Assembly: GCA_026023565.1 (NCBI GenBank)
Contig: JAPETS010000036.1
Coordinates: 1-64,000 of the forward strand
Origin: Cirrosporium novae-zelandiae
Lineage: Eukaryota
DNA length: 64,000 bases
Reading direction: 5' to 3'
Positions 12,775 through 26,492 of the stretch are shown piece by piece. Position 1 is the stretch's first letter. The number at the start of each line of letters is the position of its first letter. The position numbers and the translations under genes are program-made. Below the pieces are notes generated by a model, which was not told the DNA's origin, ran no database searches, and saw nothing but the letters and a program-made list of their open reading frames with translations.

Positions 12775-15602
12775 TCATGGGACATACAATCTTGAGAACC
12801 CGGTGACGTCTTGTCTGCAACAAACGCACGTCCCAAAATTGTTCATTGCGAGACTGACTCTGCAGTCTTCGCAGAGGCTGAGGCATCGACATGGCCAAGC
12901 CATGATTGTTCTGGGAGCACCTTGACAAACAACGCATTGTGGCCCTGACGAGCCAAGCCCTTCGGCTCCCTCCTGCCATGACGATTCCTCTGTCGTCGGC
13001 GCCCTCTGAGATCGTGAAAAGATGATTAGCCGTTCAAGCAGCTCTGCCTCTTCATTCGGTGTCAAGCTTTCTGGATCAGAGGGTCTGAATCCAGCCGGTC
13101 GATAGCGGGTCGATGTAAGAACGTGGGCCCTCTCAAGAGCTTCGGATTTGCGGTACTGGGATCTTGTAACTATCCTATTGCTTCGGAGATGCTGGGCCAA
13201 TATACGCGCTTCTTGTCTGGCCTCTGGGTCTGTGGGATCAAGTAATCGAGCCAACTCCTTCCGGTCAAATCCATAATCTATATGATTGGGTTCGTCCTCT
13301 GGGAATGGCTTAAATTGAGTCGGTGTCCGTCGACCGTCCTCGTTATCGGACTCCCATCCATCTTCACTTTGGTCCGTGGCCATGGAAATCATACTAGTCG
13401 TATCGTCTACATCAGATTCTTCATAAGGGCCACTTTGATCTTTTATACCCCACCACCCCCCATGTTTCCACCACTGATAAAGATTATTATCCAACTTATC
13501 ATCATCTTCCGCACCCCAACTATCCGTACCCATTTCAAGGCGTTTTTTGGTCTCCTCCTCGACATCAACATCGTCATCGTCTGGGAGCGACAGAACCCCG
13601 TCTTCCGATAAAATCCAGAACTCAAGCGTTGGCGTCCCGTCGGCATACAGCTCCGCCCTTTTGCGTACAAGCTTCGATTGTCCGATAAGTTTTTCCAGCC
13701 ATCTCGGCCTCCAGGTGATGCTGGCCTTGTCAAGAATTCTATTGAACCCAAGACCAAACCAAGCAGCGAGAACTTTCAGGATTCCTCGATAAAAACGCAA
13801 TGTCAAATACTGTCTTCTGCGATTACCGGAACCAAGGGGATCATCATGGCCGGCTTTTGCTCCTTCTCTTAATTCCTTTGTTGTTCTCTCTTTTGCATAG
13901 CCGCCCGTTAGAAGCGGGCGAACGCCTTCGTTATCACGAGAGGGAGGCGGTGGCGGACTGCCGAGAGAATCTTGCAAAGAGGGAAAATCTTGTTCGAATG
14001 CTTTGATCCTGTCTTCTTCAATCCAGGTCATTCTTGGTGCAGCAACACTTCTAGCTTCGTTCAAAAAGACTGCCTCGCTAGCAGCGGTGAGTGCATTAAC
14101 CCCAATCCTCAGGAGAGCAGAATAAAAATCTTCCCGCATGTTGACTCGGATGTTCGAAAGTTGAACGGTCGCTTGAAGATTCTCATGGGCCATCACCAGC
14201 CGCTCTCTCAAAGTTGTAGGTTGAGGCAAATTAGGGGGAGGAGAGAGCGCTGAAAAGACGAGCGCCAGCAAATAGATTGTAGCACAGATTAGGATACCAA
14301 GCAGAATGAGTAGATGGGGAATAAATCCAATGATGCACACTGTTGGCATGCGAAGAATCCCATTCTCTTGAACCGATTCCTCCGTGAAGTTTAAAAGTCC
14401 CCAAGCAAAAGCGGCCATGTAACAAAGCCCCCAGATAGTCGAGTTTATTAGACGATATCTTCTTTCCCATCCCAGGACTGCCAAGATATTAGAAGCCAGG
14501 CCATTTAGACAAGATATTAATCCAACCAGGAGCACTTCAGGAGGTGCATTCAGCATGCCGAGGATTACGGATTTGGGGAGCACCACAGGTATCTCAGAGG
14601 AATTTGTCGCCGTCGTATCCATAACTATCTTGGCAGCATCAATTTTTGGAGCACTGAATGCAGTGAGACCAAACAAATTGCTCACTGTAGCCTCCGATTC
14701 TGCAAAAGCAAGAGAATGTTCAAATAGTGACATTCCAGATTCTGGAACAACTGTTTGGCCCTGAATAGCACAAGAAAATACCTGAATGAAATTACCAACA
14801 GAAAGAATAATAAAAAGAGGCCAAAGCCGTGATAATGAGCCTTTTAGCGTGGGATGTGTGCCGCTTTGAACCATTCCAGTAGCTGAGCAGCATTGTGCAT
14901 CGTTCTTCCAATAGAGAAGAGTGGAGCTCAGCCAGTATAGAAAACCCCCTTCCCCTCCAAAATCAACCCAGTCTTGGGTTGTCGAGACCCGTCCTAATGA
15001 GCGAATTTCGTGATAGTCCGGTGATGTCTGACATCGCAATACTTGCAACAGGATCACGGTATGACGTAGAAAGAGGAGTATAGGGACGAGACGCAAGGCC
15101 AAACGCATAAACCAATTCAGTCGGATCTGCCTCCGGGAACAAGCATAAATAGAAACCCTGTTGAGAATCAAGACCTAAAGGTGGTGAGTTTGCGAAATAA
15201 GAAGTAGATGATGAAACTCACTACCGTAAAACAGGCTAATGCCCATTTACTAGTCATGTAACTTAAGGCACCTCCGATGGTTTTCAGATTCTCATAATTG
15301 AAGAAGCCTCTGGAGCTACCGGCGGCATTGGCAACCGTAGCTTCAGAACCAGCATCAATGATTGAAGCAGCCTGGGTGAAGGTTTCTTGGATTCCTGATC
15401 TGGTAGCCTGTTCCATCAAACCACCGCCATTTTGCCCATTGAGCCAGTCTTTCCCAACCGCGAATGGGGGAGCATTTTGTAAGAGCCTAGGTGGGGCTTT
15501 GAAAGGGTTTATAGACGATGTTACGTTCCTTGCGGAGAATTTGAGGCTTTGGAGACCTTTCACTGCAATGTCCAGGTACGACAAAGTTTTGTTCGAAGCC
15601 AT
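12775..15602 (-). CDS. asi3: Asi1/Asi3-like multi-TM RING E3 ubiquitin ligase
   Basis: Exons 15602-15222 and 15174-12775 (GTGAGT..TAG intron). Several TM helices; C-terminal RING CVVCQGAPRTIMAWPCRCLSLCEDC...CVCC. Confidence 0.85.
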
Positions 15603-16698
15603 TGTTGATTGATTTGAAAGCTATCGAAGGTGGATGGAATTATCATTCAAATGACCTGCGGTTGATCTTGACCTCTCTCCATCCTTCTGCAGTGTTGGAG
15701 AGCTTCTGTCGTGTTGGAGAAGTAGAATGAAAGACTTACGTCTAGCTACTACTCCCAGGAAATATTTTTCGAGATTCCTTTCAGAGCTTTGGGGGCAACA
15801 ACTATGCCTTGTGATGGCCAGAGTTGACGGGACTTGCATCATTCCTTGATGACTGACAGACACACGGGCCACTGGCTCCGGCGGGATCGGAGATACATGG
15901 ATGGGTAAACACCGGATTCAGAAAGCCATCATCTTCAGCTGTTATCTTCACTTGATTTCTTTATTGCCATTTATCAATTAATATAACGTGCAATCGACCT
16001 TTAATAATTAATTCATGTAATACAATGGCTATGAATAGAGCAATTTCAGCTGCTACATCCTAGCTTGTCCATCAATCCCATCAAAACATTTACAACAGGG
16101 GTATTCACGATCATAAACAGCAATAACCACGAAGTCCTATCCTTTATTCACGACATTCGGCCCTCGAATATCAAACATAAATTATGCATGGGAAAGTAAA
16201 GGGTACTTTTGTTCTGCGTTCAATTCATACATCGTCCATCCATCTGTTTCCTTTTAAGTTCGTTAAGTATCTATGTCCATTGTTCGCCCTTTACCTATAT
16301 ACGTCCTTCCTTGGTGGTATCTGATAGGCCGGCCGCGCCATGTGCAAAACATTTTCCTTTTGATTCATGTCATGGGTCAAACGGTGCAACACAATTTTGG
16401 AACAGAGGGATATAACAAAACCCTGTTCCCTTGTTACATTCACTGTGACTTCAGCATAGTGGTAATAATCGTCAAAGATGGCCAGGCTTGTCGAGGATTG
16501 TTCGTGAGATTCCGAGAGCAGGCGTGATCTTAGCGAAAGCTACAGTAGAATGTTTCCGTTGACCGAACAATATAGCCTAGGGAACACTTCAATTCTTTGA
16601 GATTTTAACTTGGGTTCAGTCTCGAAATGAGACTCGTTTCTGAAGCCTACCATGGCTAATTCTGGCGTTGAATATTAGTTTTGAACTTTCTGGCTTCA

Positions 16699-19600
16699 TT
16701 ATAGCGCCAAACCAGTTCCGTCGCCCGTCCATCGGTATAGGGAGAGGACTTCTCTTCTCCGTTGTTCTTGTTCGCCAAAATCTTCTGGGATGCGACCTTT
16801 TACCTGTGCAAGAGCTGAACGCATGACTTTGCGGAAATTCCGCTGAGAAGAAAGTAGGCATCAGCGAAGCGCGCTTAAGAACAAAGGGTTGGAATAGACA
16901 AACCTGATATTCCGTATTGAGTGTTACCACACATGCCTCGTGCGCTCTTACGATTGTTTCGCATGCCTTGACCACTTCTGGGCTTGCCCCTCCTTGCAAT
17001 TTATCCGCAATCAAGAGGAGCAAGAAGCTGCCCTGTAGTAAGTACATCCCGAAGAAGAAAGGCATGAACGTTAGATCCGGGTCATATTCTAAAATATCAT
17101 TGATAGCTTCGGCAGCACTGACAGCATGACCTGTGGCAGTGATGAAAGACTGTGACGAGATCCACAGATCATTGTCATCAAGAAGTGAAATAGGATCCCA
17201 TTTCCCGGTGAGGAGGATAAAAAGGACATGCATGAGATGTGTACCATAAGCGGCCACAATCTTTGTCTGGATCATCGATTCCGTCATACGGGAGCCAGCG
17301 GCATTAGTCGGAGGAGAGGTGGTGTCATTGCTAGAGCTGTCCAACATCGCGGTGTCGCTATTCCGCTTTTTGGAATTGTTACATCGCGCTTCAAACTCTA
17401 GAAGGCTCTGGCCATATTGTTCAAGCTGCATCGATATTTCTCGTTCCTGTCCATCCCATTCGCTAGCATTTCGGTAAGGAATACCATATCTGGGATGTGA
17501 TTTTGAATGGTAAAGATCCACGATTTCACCGAGAATAGTCATTAATGGTAGGAAGTAACCAAAAATACTATGGCCAGTGCATTCAATTGGAGGTCCCCTT
17601 CGACGATATCTTGAAGATGGGCTTGATGTATATCTCGCGTTACCGGTATACACCTCACCTGCCTGCCAAATAATGTCATCCATTGGCTGAAAAAGGTCTC
17701 CGCATTCCCGATCGAGCAGAAAAAGAGGGCGATTATAGCAAAGGGCCAAGTGCCTGTCCATCATGTATAATGTCCACCATATTCGTCGCCTTTCCTCTCG
17801 CTCTTCTTCCGAAATAAACCCTCGGGGATTAGACAATGGGTTCGTTGGACCAGGACGAGGGTTATGCGATAAATTTCCTGGGGGAACATCAAGATCCACC
17901 TCTCCATCGGCATCAACATCATCTCCGTGGCTCTGGTCATCGGGGGTAGGATTTTCTGGTAGTTCCCGTCCCAGCTTGAGCTCTCGAGCAAGAGACCAAG
18001 CCGCATTCCACCATCGAAGACTTGCAGCTTTATATTCACTGGCCGATATCACCGTGGCGAGATGGAGATATGTTGCCACATCATCAACCGTTCCCGTAGC
18101 GCCACTCTCCGCGGTCATTGAATCCCCTCCAGCCATTGCTACACCAAATCCACCTAGCGCTAGCCCGTTGACCACGGTGCTTGTGGCATAATTTGAAGGT
18201 GCTTCTCCGACCGCGGGACTATGAACTAGGGGTCTCAGAAGAGCAATCGTAAGCTCCAAAAGTTTTTGGCAAACCCTACCACGAGCTGATGGCGGAGAGG
18301 TTAAAAAAGGTGCATCGCTAGACTGAGCGGCTACCCACAGCATACTTGCCAAGAGGGCAGGGCTACTCGGCCTAGGTCGGGTTGGATGAAGGAATGACCG
18401 CTTGCGGAAAGCGTATCCTAGAAGGTAAGGCGATAAAGGACGCATATATGCGGAAGATGAGCTAGAGAAATAGAGATCGAGGAGATCGCATGCGAGGGGT
18501 TGTGGTATTATGCTGACCAGATGGGGTAGGAGAGGTTGTAATACAGGATAAGTAATATTGTTTGGCTTGTTCGGCACCGGAGGTTGGTAAGGTCCAGCTG
18601 AGGGGGACGGTAGAGAAAGCCAACCGGGGGATGGGGCACCTGGCGATGCTCTGAAAAAACCGGGAAGGGGACTTTCCCCTTGCCCGTTGTATTGAAAGCC
18701 GGTAACCGTGGTTTGCGGGTCGTGAGGATTTATTAGCGGAAAGGGGCCCTCCCCATATGCATCTTGCCCTGCCAGCTTAGACTGTAAGGCATTCGCCGCC
18801 GTAACTCGACCCATTTGAACACTCGAGTATCCCATCTCCTGTACCGGGGTTCTATTAAAATCAGGGATTGATCCAAATCCACCCATGCTCACTGTTGCTG
18901 GGGCTTGCCGTGAGTTGTTCGGGTTATGTTGCCCTACAAAGCTCGCACTAGAGCTGCCTTGATTCTCCAGCGGCGGATGGCCACTCATAGTAGCATGGGG
19001 TTGGTAATCATAGATGCTTGGGTAGGTGTTAGATCCAGGTAATCGAATATCTGGTCTTGTTGGCTGAAATGGCTGCGGCAGACCACCTAAAATATTTAGC
19101 GATCTGATTGCAGGCATTGTGGAAGGTGACATCTCATCCTTATTACCATTGAAATTGGTGTGGCTCGTAGCCGTCGCATTCGACGACTTACCATCCGAAG
19201 AAGCTTCATCTGGTGAGGTTGGCCCTTCATTTCCAGCAGTGGAGGCGGCGGCAGCAGCAGCCTGCTGTTGTGCGATTTCTTTTCTCGATGCCTTTCCACG
19301 TTTCTTGCGTTCTCGAGCGTATTCACACCGAAGTGTAAACTCTATATCACGGTCAACCTAGGTGCTCTTGCAGGGTCACGACTCGATATTTACTTACCAA
19401 TGCAATGTGCGCAAGGGGATTTTCCATCGCACTTGGTACGCAGCTGATTGCACTGGTCGCAGGCTCTACTGATTCTTCGTCGTACTGGAGCGGAGCCATC
19501 TGATGTTCTGGCTTTACCTTGGCCTTCCCACGGGGCGTTGTGTCGGCCGCCAACAGGAGAAAGCTTACGGGTGGGATATGGAGCTTGTCGATTTTTCGGC

Positions 19601-19776
19601 GGAGATTTGATGGTTTTTCGATGGTGCTGTTGAGGGGATAAAGGAGAGCTATTGAGTTCTTGCAGCGCATACTCAGAGCCCTCTGCCAGGGTATCCAGTC
19701 CTGACGTATCGAGAGCTTTTGGCGGAATAGGCTGTTGGTGAGGAAGCATTGTGGAATTAGGCGGAATTGAGGACAT
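16699..19776 (-). CDS. xlnR: Xylanolytic transcriptional activator XlnR/Xyr1 (Zn2Cys6)
   Basis: [47 protein letters not shown]. Introns at 19397-19342 and 16903-16843. C-terminus [14 protein letters not shown]...[17 protein letters not shown]. Confidence 0.96.
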
Positions 19777-21711
19777 TGTGGAGTATTGGAGAGACTTGGA
19801 GGTGCTCCAGGGCGCCTATCCGGTTGAAATCGCAGGCAGACATAGGCGATCTGGGGTAAATAGATGCAAATGAACTGGGGGGAACTTTTTTTTGAATGTT
19901 GTGTTCAAAGACCGACCAAGATGACACACTGCCGACGGCGATGGCCTGCGCCGACACCATATGAGCGGACTACATCCACGACCTGACAGGAGATATCAAG
20001 TAGATGGATGATGGTGAATGGAGGAAATTAGAGAGCGCATGATTTAAACTTTTTGACGGTGCTTTGCGGAGAGCTTGAGATATTGAAGTGGAGGGGGGGA
20101 TGGGATTATGGGACGAATGAAGGGTAACTCGAAGCATCTAGATGATAATTAGACTAAGCGGTGGGAGGGTTTTTTTTTTTTTTTTTCTTTTTTTTTTTTT
20201 TCTTCTTAGTTGCTTGGTAGAACCAGGAAATGGAAAGTGGAACGAGGGGACGAAGGATGGAGGAGGGGGATTAGAAAATGGAGATTTGTGGAGAGAATTT
20301 GGAGAGAAATGGCTACCATACCATACCCATCTAGAGAAGACCTGACAAAGAATTCATTATTATTTTAGTACAAGTAGACTAATAATTTTTAGGGGGATGT
20401 CTACTCGAGTAGGGACCCTCCTAGGGGACCTCGTTAGGGACCAAAGTACCAAGGATAAAAGGTAACCAGCACCGAATACCAAGGACCGTAGCCCCCAAAG
20501 AACTAAAAGCCGAGGTAGAGGCACAGCAAAGTAAAAAGTCCCATTTCCCCCAAACAAGGTGAAAGAAGAAGAAAAATATACCTGAGCGCATGATCGTCAT
20601 CTTCTTCTGTCTGTGTTCTAGAGTATCTAATTATTTATCTACTCGGAGCACTGGAAAAAAACTGGAAAAAGCTGGGAAGAAAAGAAGCCTGGTGGATGGT
20701 GGACTGTTTCTTCTACCAAGCAAGGCAGGGGTAAAAGGGAAAAACCCCATGACAACTCCAGAGGGGCCCCGACTTGACCCAAATGCCCCCAAGTGCCCCC
20801 AAGTCCCCCAAGTCCCCCAAGTGCCCTCCCCCATGTCATGTCCGCCTCGCTTGTGTTATCCAATGGTTCCCCGACGCCAACCCCGGTGGGTTAAAGTGGG
20901 GTCTCTTGGAACAAAACAACCCACAGACCCACAATGGTACCCTCATCCCGGTCCCTTTGGACCCCTCCGGACCAACTTCCGTTACCACCATTACGAACTT
21001 CTTCCAAAGATTTGACAGATTCACAACCCCAAGGTACCATCTTACCCATCTTACCCATCTTTCCCATCTTCTCTTACTCTATATATACAACACACCGTCA
21101 TAGAGATCCCCAAAGGTCACAGGCCTACTAATCTCATTCCATCAAACCCAACCGGAAAAAAAGTCTGTTTTTGACTTTGCGGAGAAATTGGGGGATCAAA
21201 GATGATGTGGGGGGGGGAAAGCAGGAGGAACCCGCCGGCTCGAGAAGGTCAGATTCACTGTGGAGATTTTTCCAATAAACCTCAGGAGATGAACTCGCAT
21301 GGCGACAATTTTACCGACTGGCGCCTAGTCAAATCATTTAAGTCATTGAATCATTATCCACTACCATTCCTTCGACTCTGCCTGGACCTAATTAAATATC
21401 CAAAACAATCATCCTCATCTAAAAGTACACGACAACTTGTCGTATAGTCATCTTATATCCCTCTATATACTGATTCTTTCCTTCTCACAACTACCTCCAG
21501 CTGTACATTCCACCACTTTTGAACTTGCTAACGGGTATAGTTAACCTGCGCATGGAATCCTCAAACCATCGCCTAGGTTGGCCCTGATCCTTGAAAACAC
21601 CCCCTTAAGACCAGCTTTTTTTATTATCAAACGCCGTTCGTGCACAGACCCTATCATGATACATGAGACTATCTAAACAAAATAATGCTACCAATATACA
21701 ACCAGGAAGGC

Positions 21712-24700
21712 TCAAGAGAAGAAGTATTGGCTGTCCTTGAGCCTAGAAACGTCAAAATTACCCTAAAATTGTTAGCATAACTCCAAATTGTCTCTGTAAA
21801 AGTAAGTACTCACCTTATTTGGTAGAGGTGGGAATTCCATGGGTAGCCAAACAAAGATTCTCCTGACGGACAGTACTCGTTTCTTCTTGACCTTCTTTTC
21901 AACCTCAAGGTCGTCCAAGGTTTCATTTGTGGCTAATAGTTCCGAATCCATAGCAGCCTCAACAACATCTTCTTCATCATTGAATACGTCCACCTGAGGT
22001 GAAGTTGCTGTGTCTAATAGCATATCATCGTCCGCCTCAAGGTCTGCAACCTCTCCAAGTGTAGCATGAACACGGGAGCCAGAATAATCGAGGTCACTCT
22101 CACTTGCGAATTCTTCAAACAAGCTTCCAGGAGTGATGATGGCTTTGCCCTTCTTGACCTCTTCAGGATCATTTGACCGCAACAGTTTCAACCTCTCGTA
22201 TTCCAATAAAAGCTCGGCCTTCTTTCTCTTACTTGATTGAAGTGAGCCCAAATCATCTTGCATACGTAGTTTGCAAATCCGCTTCCCGATATTAGAGGTG
22301 CGATGAACTTGCGCAAGATACAAGCTGGGCTTGTAGCGTACATTGAATTCTGCAGCCAAGCGGCCAATAATATCTTCGGAATGCATTTTAATGAACGCGT
22401 CGCGCAATACTCGATTCATAATATCAACATCTCCAGCATGTGTCCAGAAGGAATCATGAACGGAAGCAAATGTCAGTCCTAATTCGTCGCTCTTCAAGGC
22501 TGAAAGTGCCATGTGTGTCGCATCAAGCGAGTGAACGAAATTTGGGGGGAAGGCTTGAACTTGCTTGCGTTTAAGCACAGGGTCACAATCAGAGGGCTCA
22601 AAGATAGAAATTTTCTGTAGCTGGGATCCTATTCTGCGTGCAGGAGGAGCCCGGTAAGGCTGCACAACCGGTAACTTAAGTGGAGTAGTCCAGACCACTG
22701 CCGACCTGAACCTACTTTCAATCTTAGAAAGCTTACTCTCAGGTATAATGCTGTACCCTTTCAAGTTTTCCTTTCTATGTCTCCTATAACGGTACCCGAT
22801 CGGATCTGCTTCTTCAGCCGCTTTCGCATCATGGGTCTCTTTTACGACTCCCTCGACTTGTTCCCAACTTAAAGATTGTGAAATGCGGCTAGCACATTCA
22901 GCTAGCCAGTATTGAATCTCATGAGCTCCGGTAAACATAGTAGCTAAGGCTTTGAAAATTTTCTTTGCGATGTAGGCAGCTGCGAGCTTGGCGGTGACCA
23001 CGCCTGGGATATCTGGGAAATCCGGGTACAGGTCCTTCAACTGGTGATAAACTTGTGCCCGAGCTCCAATAGCTGTGACACCATAGACGTTAGTCATAAC
23101 AGTCTGCTTGACAACTTTGCGAGTAACTTTTCCAACTAGAGCTTCCGCGATTGGGTTACCCGCAGCTGCATCTTCAGCTACATCTGCCTTCACCAATTCT
23201 GCAGTTCCGGTATAAACATCAGAGGGCCGATCTCCAGGCTCAAGATTCACTTGCTGAGCTCCTATAGGATCACCCCCTAGAGCGGCATAATGTTGTAATC
23301 CATTGCAGGAACCATCCTGAGCGACGGGAAGATGCGAAACGAAAGCATGGGGATCAGGAGAATCGAGGGCTGCCTTTAGTTCCATACACGCCGCAAGACA
23401 TTGCCAGGGATCTTCAGCTTCCAACCACCATTTTCTTCCATGCAAGCCTTTAGTTGCCGAATCATAGATATCATCGAGATGTTCCATTGTAAAATCTTCT
23501 CTCTCTTGAAGGCTTGCTTTGTCATAACCCCAAACGTTGGCAAGGTGGATTTTAAGCCACCGGAGACCATTTTGACCCAGCTTCTTACCTTTGCCAAAAA
23601 CTAGCAAACCACGGGCATTATCTGCACCCATGTGGTTTAGGTAAGGCGGGATGGGGTATGCACGCCCTCTAAAATCGATGTTATGAGGCATGTAGAACTT
23701 CTCATCCACGAATGCTCGGGCAATCTCCAATTGCAAATTCTGAAAACATCTCGTCGAGTGGAGTCCACCCTTCTCATTTTCCAACTTCTGGACTTCCTTT
23801 GACCATCTTCTTAGCTCTATGGGATCTTCACTCTCAGGCTTTTCCGGGTAATTGAATTCGGGATTGGCTGCGGGTAAGTTGGCACATTCTTCTCCAGAGT
23901 TCCAAGCCTCTACCATGACATCGAATACACCGCGGTGAATCTTCCATGATGTCTTGCTCAAGACATCCAGAGCTTTGAATACTTGATCAAGGTCACCCCT
24001 TTCAGCAGCACTGCTAGCATATATTCTTTGCCTAGAGTCAAGTGCCTTACTCCGAACAAAGGGTACATGATGCTCAAGAAATCCTCCCTCGCGAACGCCT
24101 GTCCAGTGTCTAGGTTCAGACACCATTGGCAAATGTTTCGCCAGCATACCGGGGGATGGTTCCGTCGCGAGTACTTTGGACAAGTATTGGTTAATACAAA
24201 CAACCCCTTGTCTCTTTCCTTTATCCACAATATAGGTATGAACAAAAGCAGCCTCCTCACGGGCTGTCGTAACATGTGTCTCCGGATCTTCATATTCAGT
24301 GCTCGTTTTAGCTTCTTCCGTAAGCATTAGCAACAATGCAGCCCCAACTCTCGCCCGGGTAGCAGCACCCCATGGCTTCACTCGATGGCTGTGGGAGAAT
24401 TGATCCAGAGCTTCCGGCTCCGATGGGGTGCTTTCCTGTTTTTGATTTGCCATCGAGCTTCTGAGCATCCTGACAGCTCTACGAGCGTGGCCGCGGGAAA
24501 ACGAGGCTAGCTCCTTCTTCTTGAAATGAGTATCGGCTATGGATTCCTCTTCAATAGCAGTACCAATTTTGATAGCCAGACTTCCAACTTTAAAACGATT
24601 GGTACTACCACCGGAATCGTTCGGCATTGATGCGAATACATTTAGAACGGAGAGAATAGAAACGGCGGCCAGCTTCTCTGGGGGAATTAGGTGTAAGAAA

Positions 24701-26103
24701 GGTCCATAGGTACAACGGGCATTGTCATCATCATTTTTGTCTGTCTTCTTCTCCGATTCATCTGCCAACTTTATTTCATTTTTGATTCTGAGGCGTAAAG
24801 CAGCGGTCCATTGCCACATGTACACATTGAGAGATTTCCGGCTGAGTCCAGCCTCTTGTAACAACTTTTTCATTTCATCGTGCTCCGCTCTCCATCGTTC
24901 TATCGCTGCCGTAACTACGTCTTTCTCCAGCTGTAGTTGTCGTGTCAAGGCAAGAGCTCTCGATTTCTCCTCCGCAGTTCCGGAAAAGTCGTCTGCTTCT
25001 AGTGCAGAAGTTGTGTTAGAAAACAAAGACAAGGAGTTCTTGAGCGCTTGCAGACCTAGTCCTTTCTGTCCCGTAGACAAGATTTCTGTTGGAGTTCTAG
25101 TCTGGTCGGATTTAAGGTTTAGGGAGGACTCGGTAATAGTATCAGAGGAATCAGCTTGCTCCACATCGAGAAGCTGGGTGTCAGGAATGAACCCCTTTTC
25201 AGGAACAATTGAATCGGTATCGATAGCATATTCACAGATTTTGGTCACCCGACCAAGTTCCGAATCAGACAGTACGAATGAGTTGAGGCATTCTTGTTGT
25301 AGTTCCGCATCACGAGCCATCTCAAAATATCGACGAACTGTCCGTTCTTGCTTCGATCCGTGCAATAAATGTAAAGAAGCTTTAATCATCAAAGCATAGG
25401 TAGTTTCGTTCGGTTCAACATTCCCGCCCTTCATCTTGACTTCGAACCATCTTTGAAGTTTGCTAAAGTCCTTAGTACTTCGAGATGAGATTGCGGCAAA
25501 AGAAAAGCTTTTAAGGTAAGCATTATGCAGTGTGAGAATTTCAAGATTGTTTCGTTGGTAGACCTTTTCTAACCGTTCGATGAACGAGACTGCGCGGTCA
25601 TGTTTCCCAACGGCAAGACAAGTCTTAAAGGTCTCCAACATTTCATCAATAGTGCCACCAATTCCATTGTGAGACCGATAGTGTAAAGGACGAGAGGCCA
25701 TAACATCATTAATTATAATATTGGCCGAAGGATTAAATTCTCGTAAGTCGGACATCTTTCGGTCATCGTTTAATCCATATAATGAGTCCAGGGGAAGATT
25801 TAGAGGTGGTGGATCTCTCGGAAAGGCATTGGAGATATTGTAAGAGTCCATTGTTGCTGCTGCTGCCGTTGACGCTGCTGTTGCCAAATGTCGATTGGTC
25901 TGTGAGCCTCCATTTTGTGCAAGGAGACTGGCGGCGGCGCTGGATTGCGAGGGAGGCCTTCTTAATGTTCGGTATCTTCGAGCTGACAATTGAGGTCTAT
26001 ATAATGCGGGACATAGCCAAGGGAGAGACAATTGTTGCTGGAAAGGTCGAAGAGAGGAGAGAGTATCACGCTGAACTTTTCTTCGAGCAGCTCGTGGTAA
26101 CAT
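21712..26103 (-). CDS. rpo41: Mitochondrial DNA-directed RNA polymerase (single-subunit, T7-like)
   Basis: Motifs DFRGRAYP, QDGSCNGLQHY, RKVVKQTVMTNVYG, PPNFVHSLDATHM, SVHDSFW. Arg-rich presequence. Intron 21813-21763 and last exon GNFDVSRLKDSQYFFS-stop. Confidence 0.96.
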
Positions 26104-26492
26104 GGTGCTCGATTAGGGAGAATGTCGTAGTTTATGTTAGAGAGGAGATAAAAAAATATTAAAGAAGAGAAATGAGATGACGACCTAACAGGCAGCACTG
26201 TATACCTGAAAGCTAGAAAAAAATTCCCTCCCCCCAAAGCGAGATGTGCTGAAGATTCTTGGGAGTTGGAGCCAAAAGATAATTATCGATTGGATTTTTC
26301 ACTCCAGGAATATATCCAGTCCCGATCTGCCGATGTTCCGATGGATAAGCAAACCAAGCAAATGTGGTATGGAAATCCCATCTCATGTTATTGTAATTCT
26401 ATCTCCAAAAATTGAGCTTCAGTATCAAGCTCCACCACCTTTCCTCCCTCATCATTTCCCTCTGCCAGCCACTTTTGTAGTATAGAATCATC

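Noticed and set aside
21712..26103. T7-like RNA polymerase as a sign of a phage or linear-plasmid insertion
   Set aside because: It has a spliceosomal intron, a mitochondrial presequence and the YFFS terminus, so it is the ordinary nuclear rpo41.
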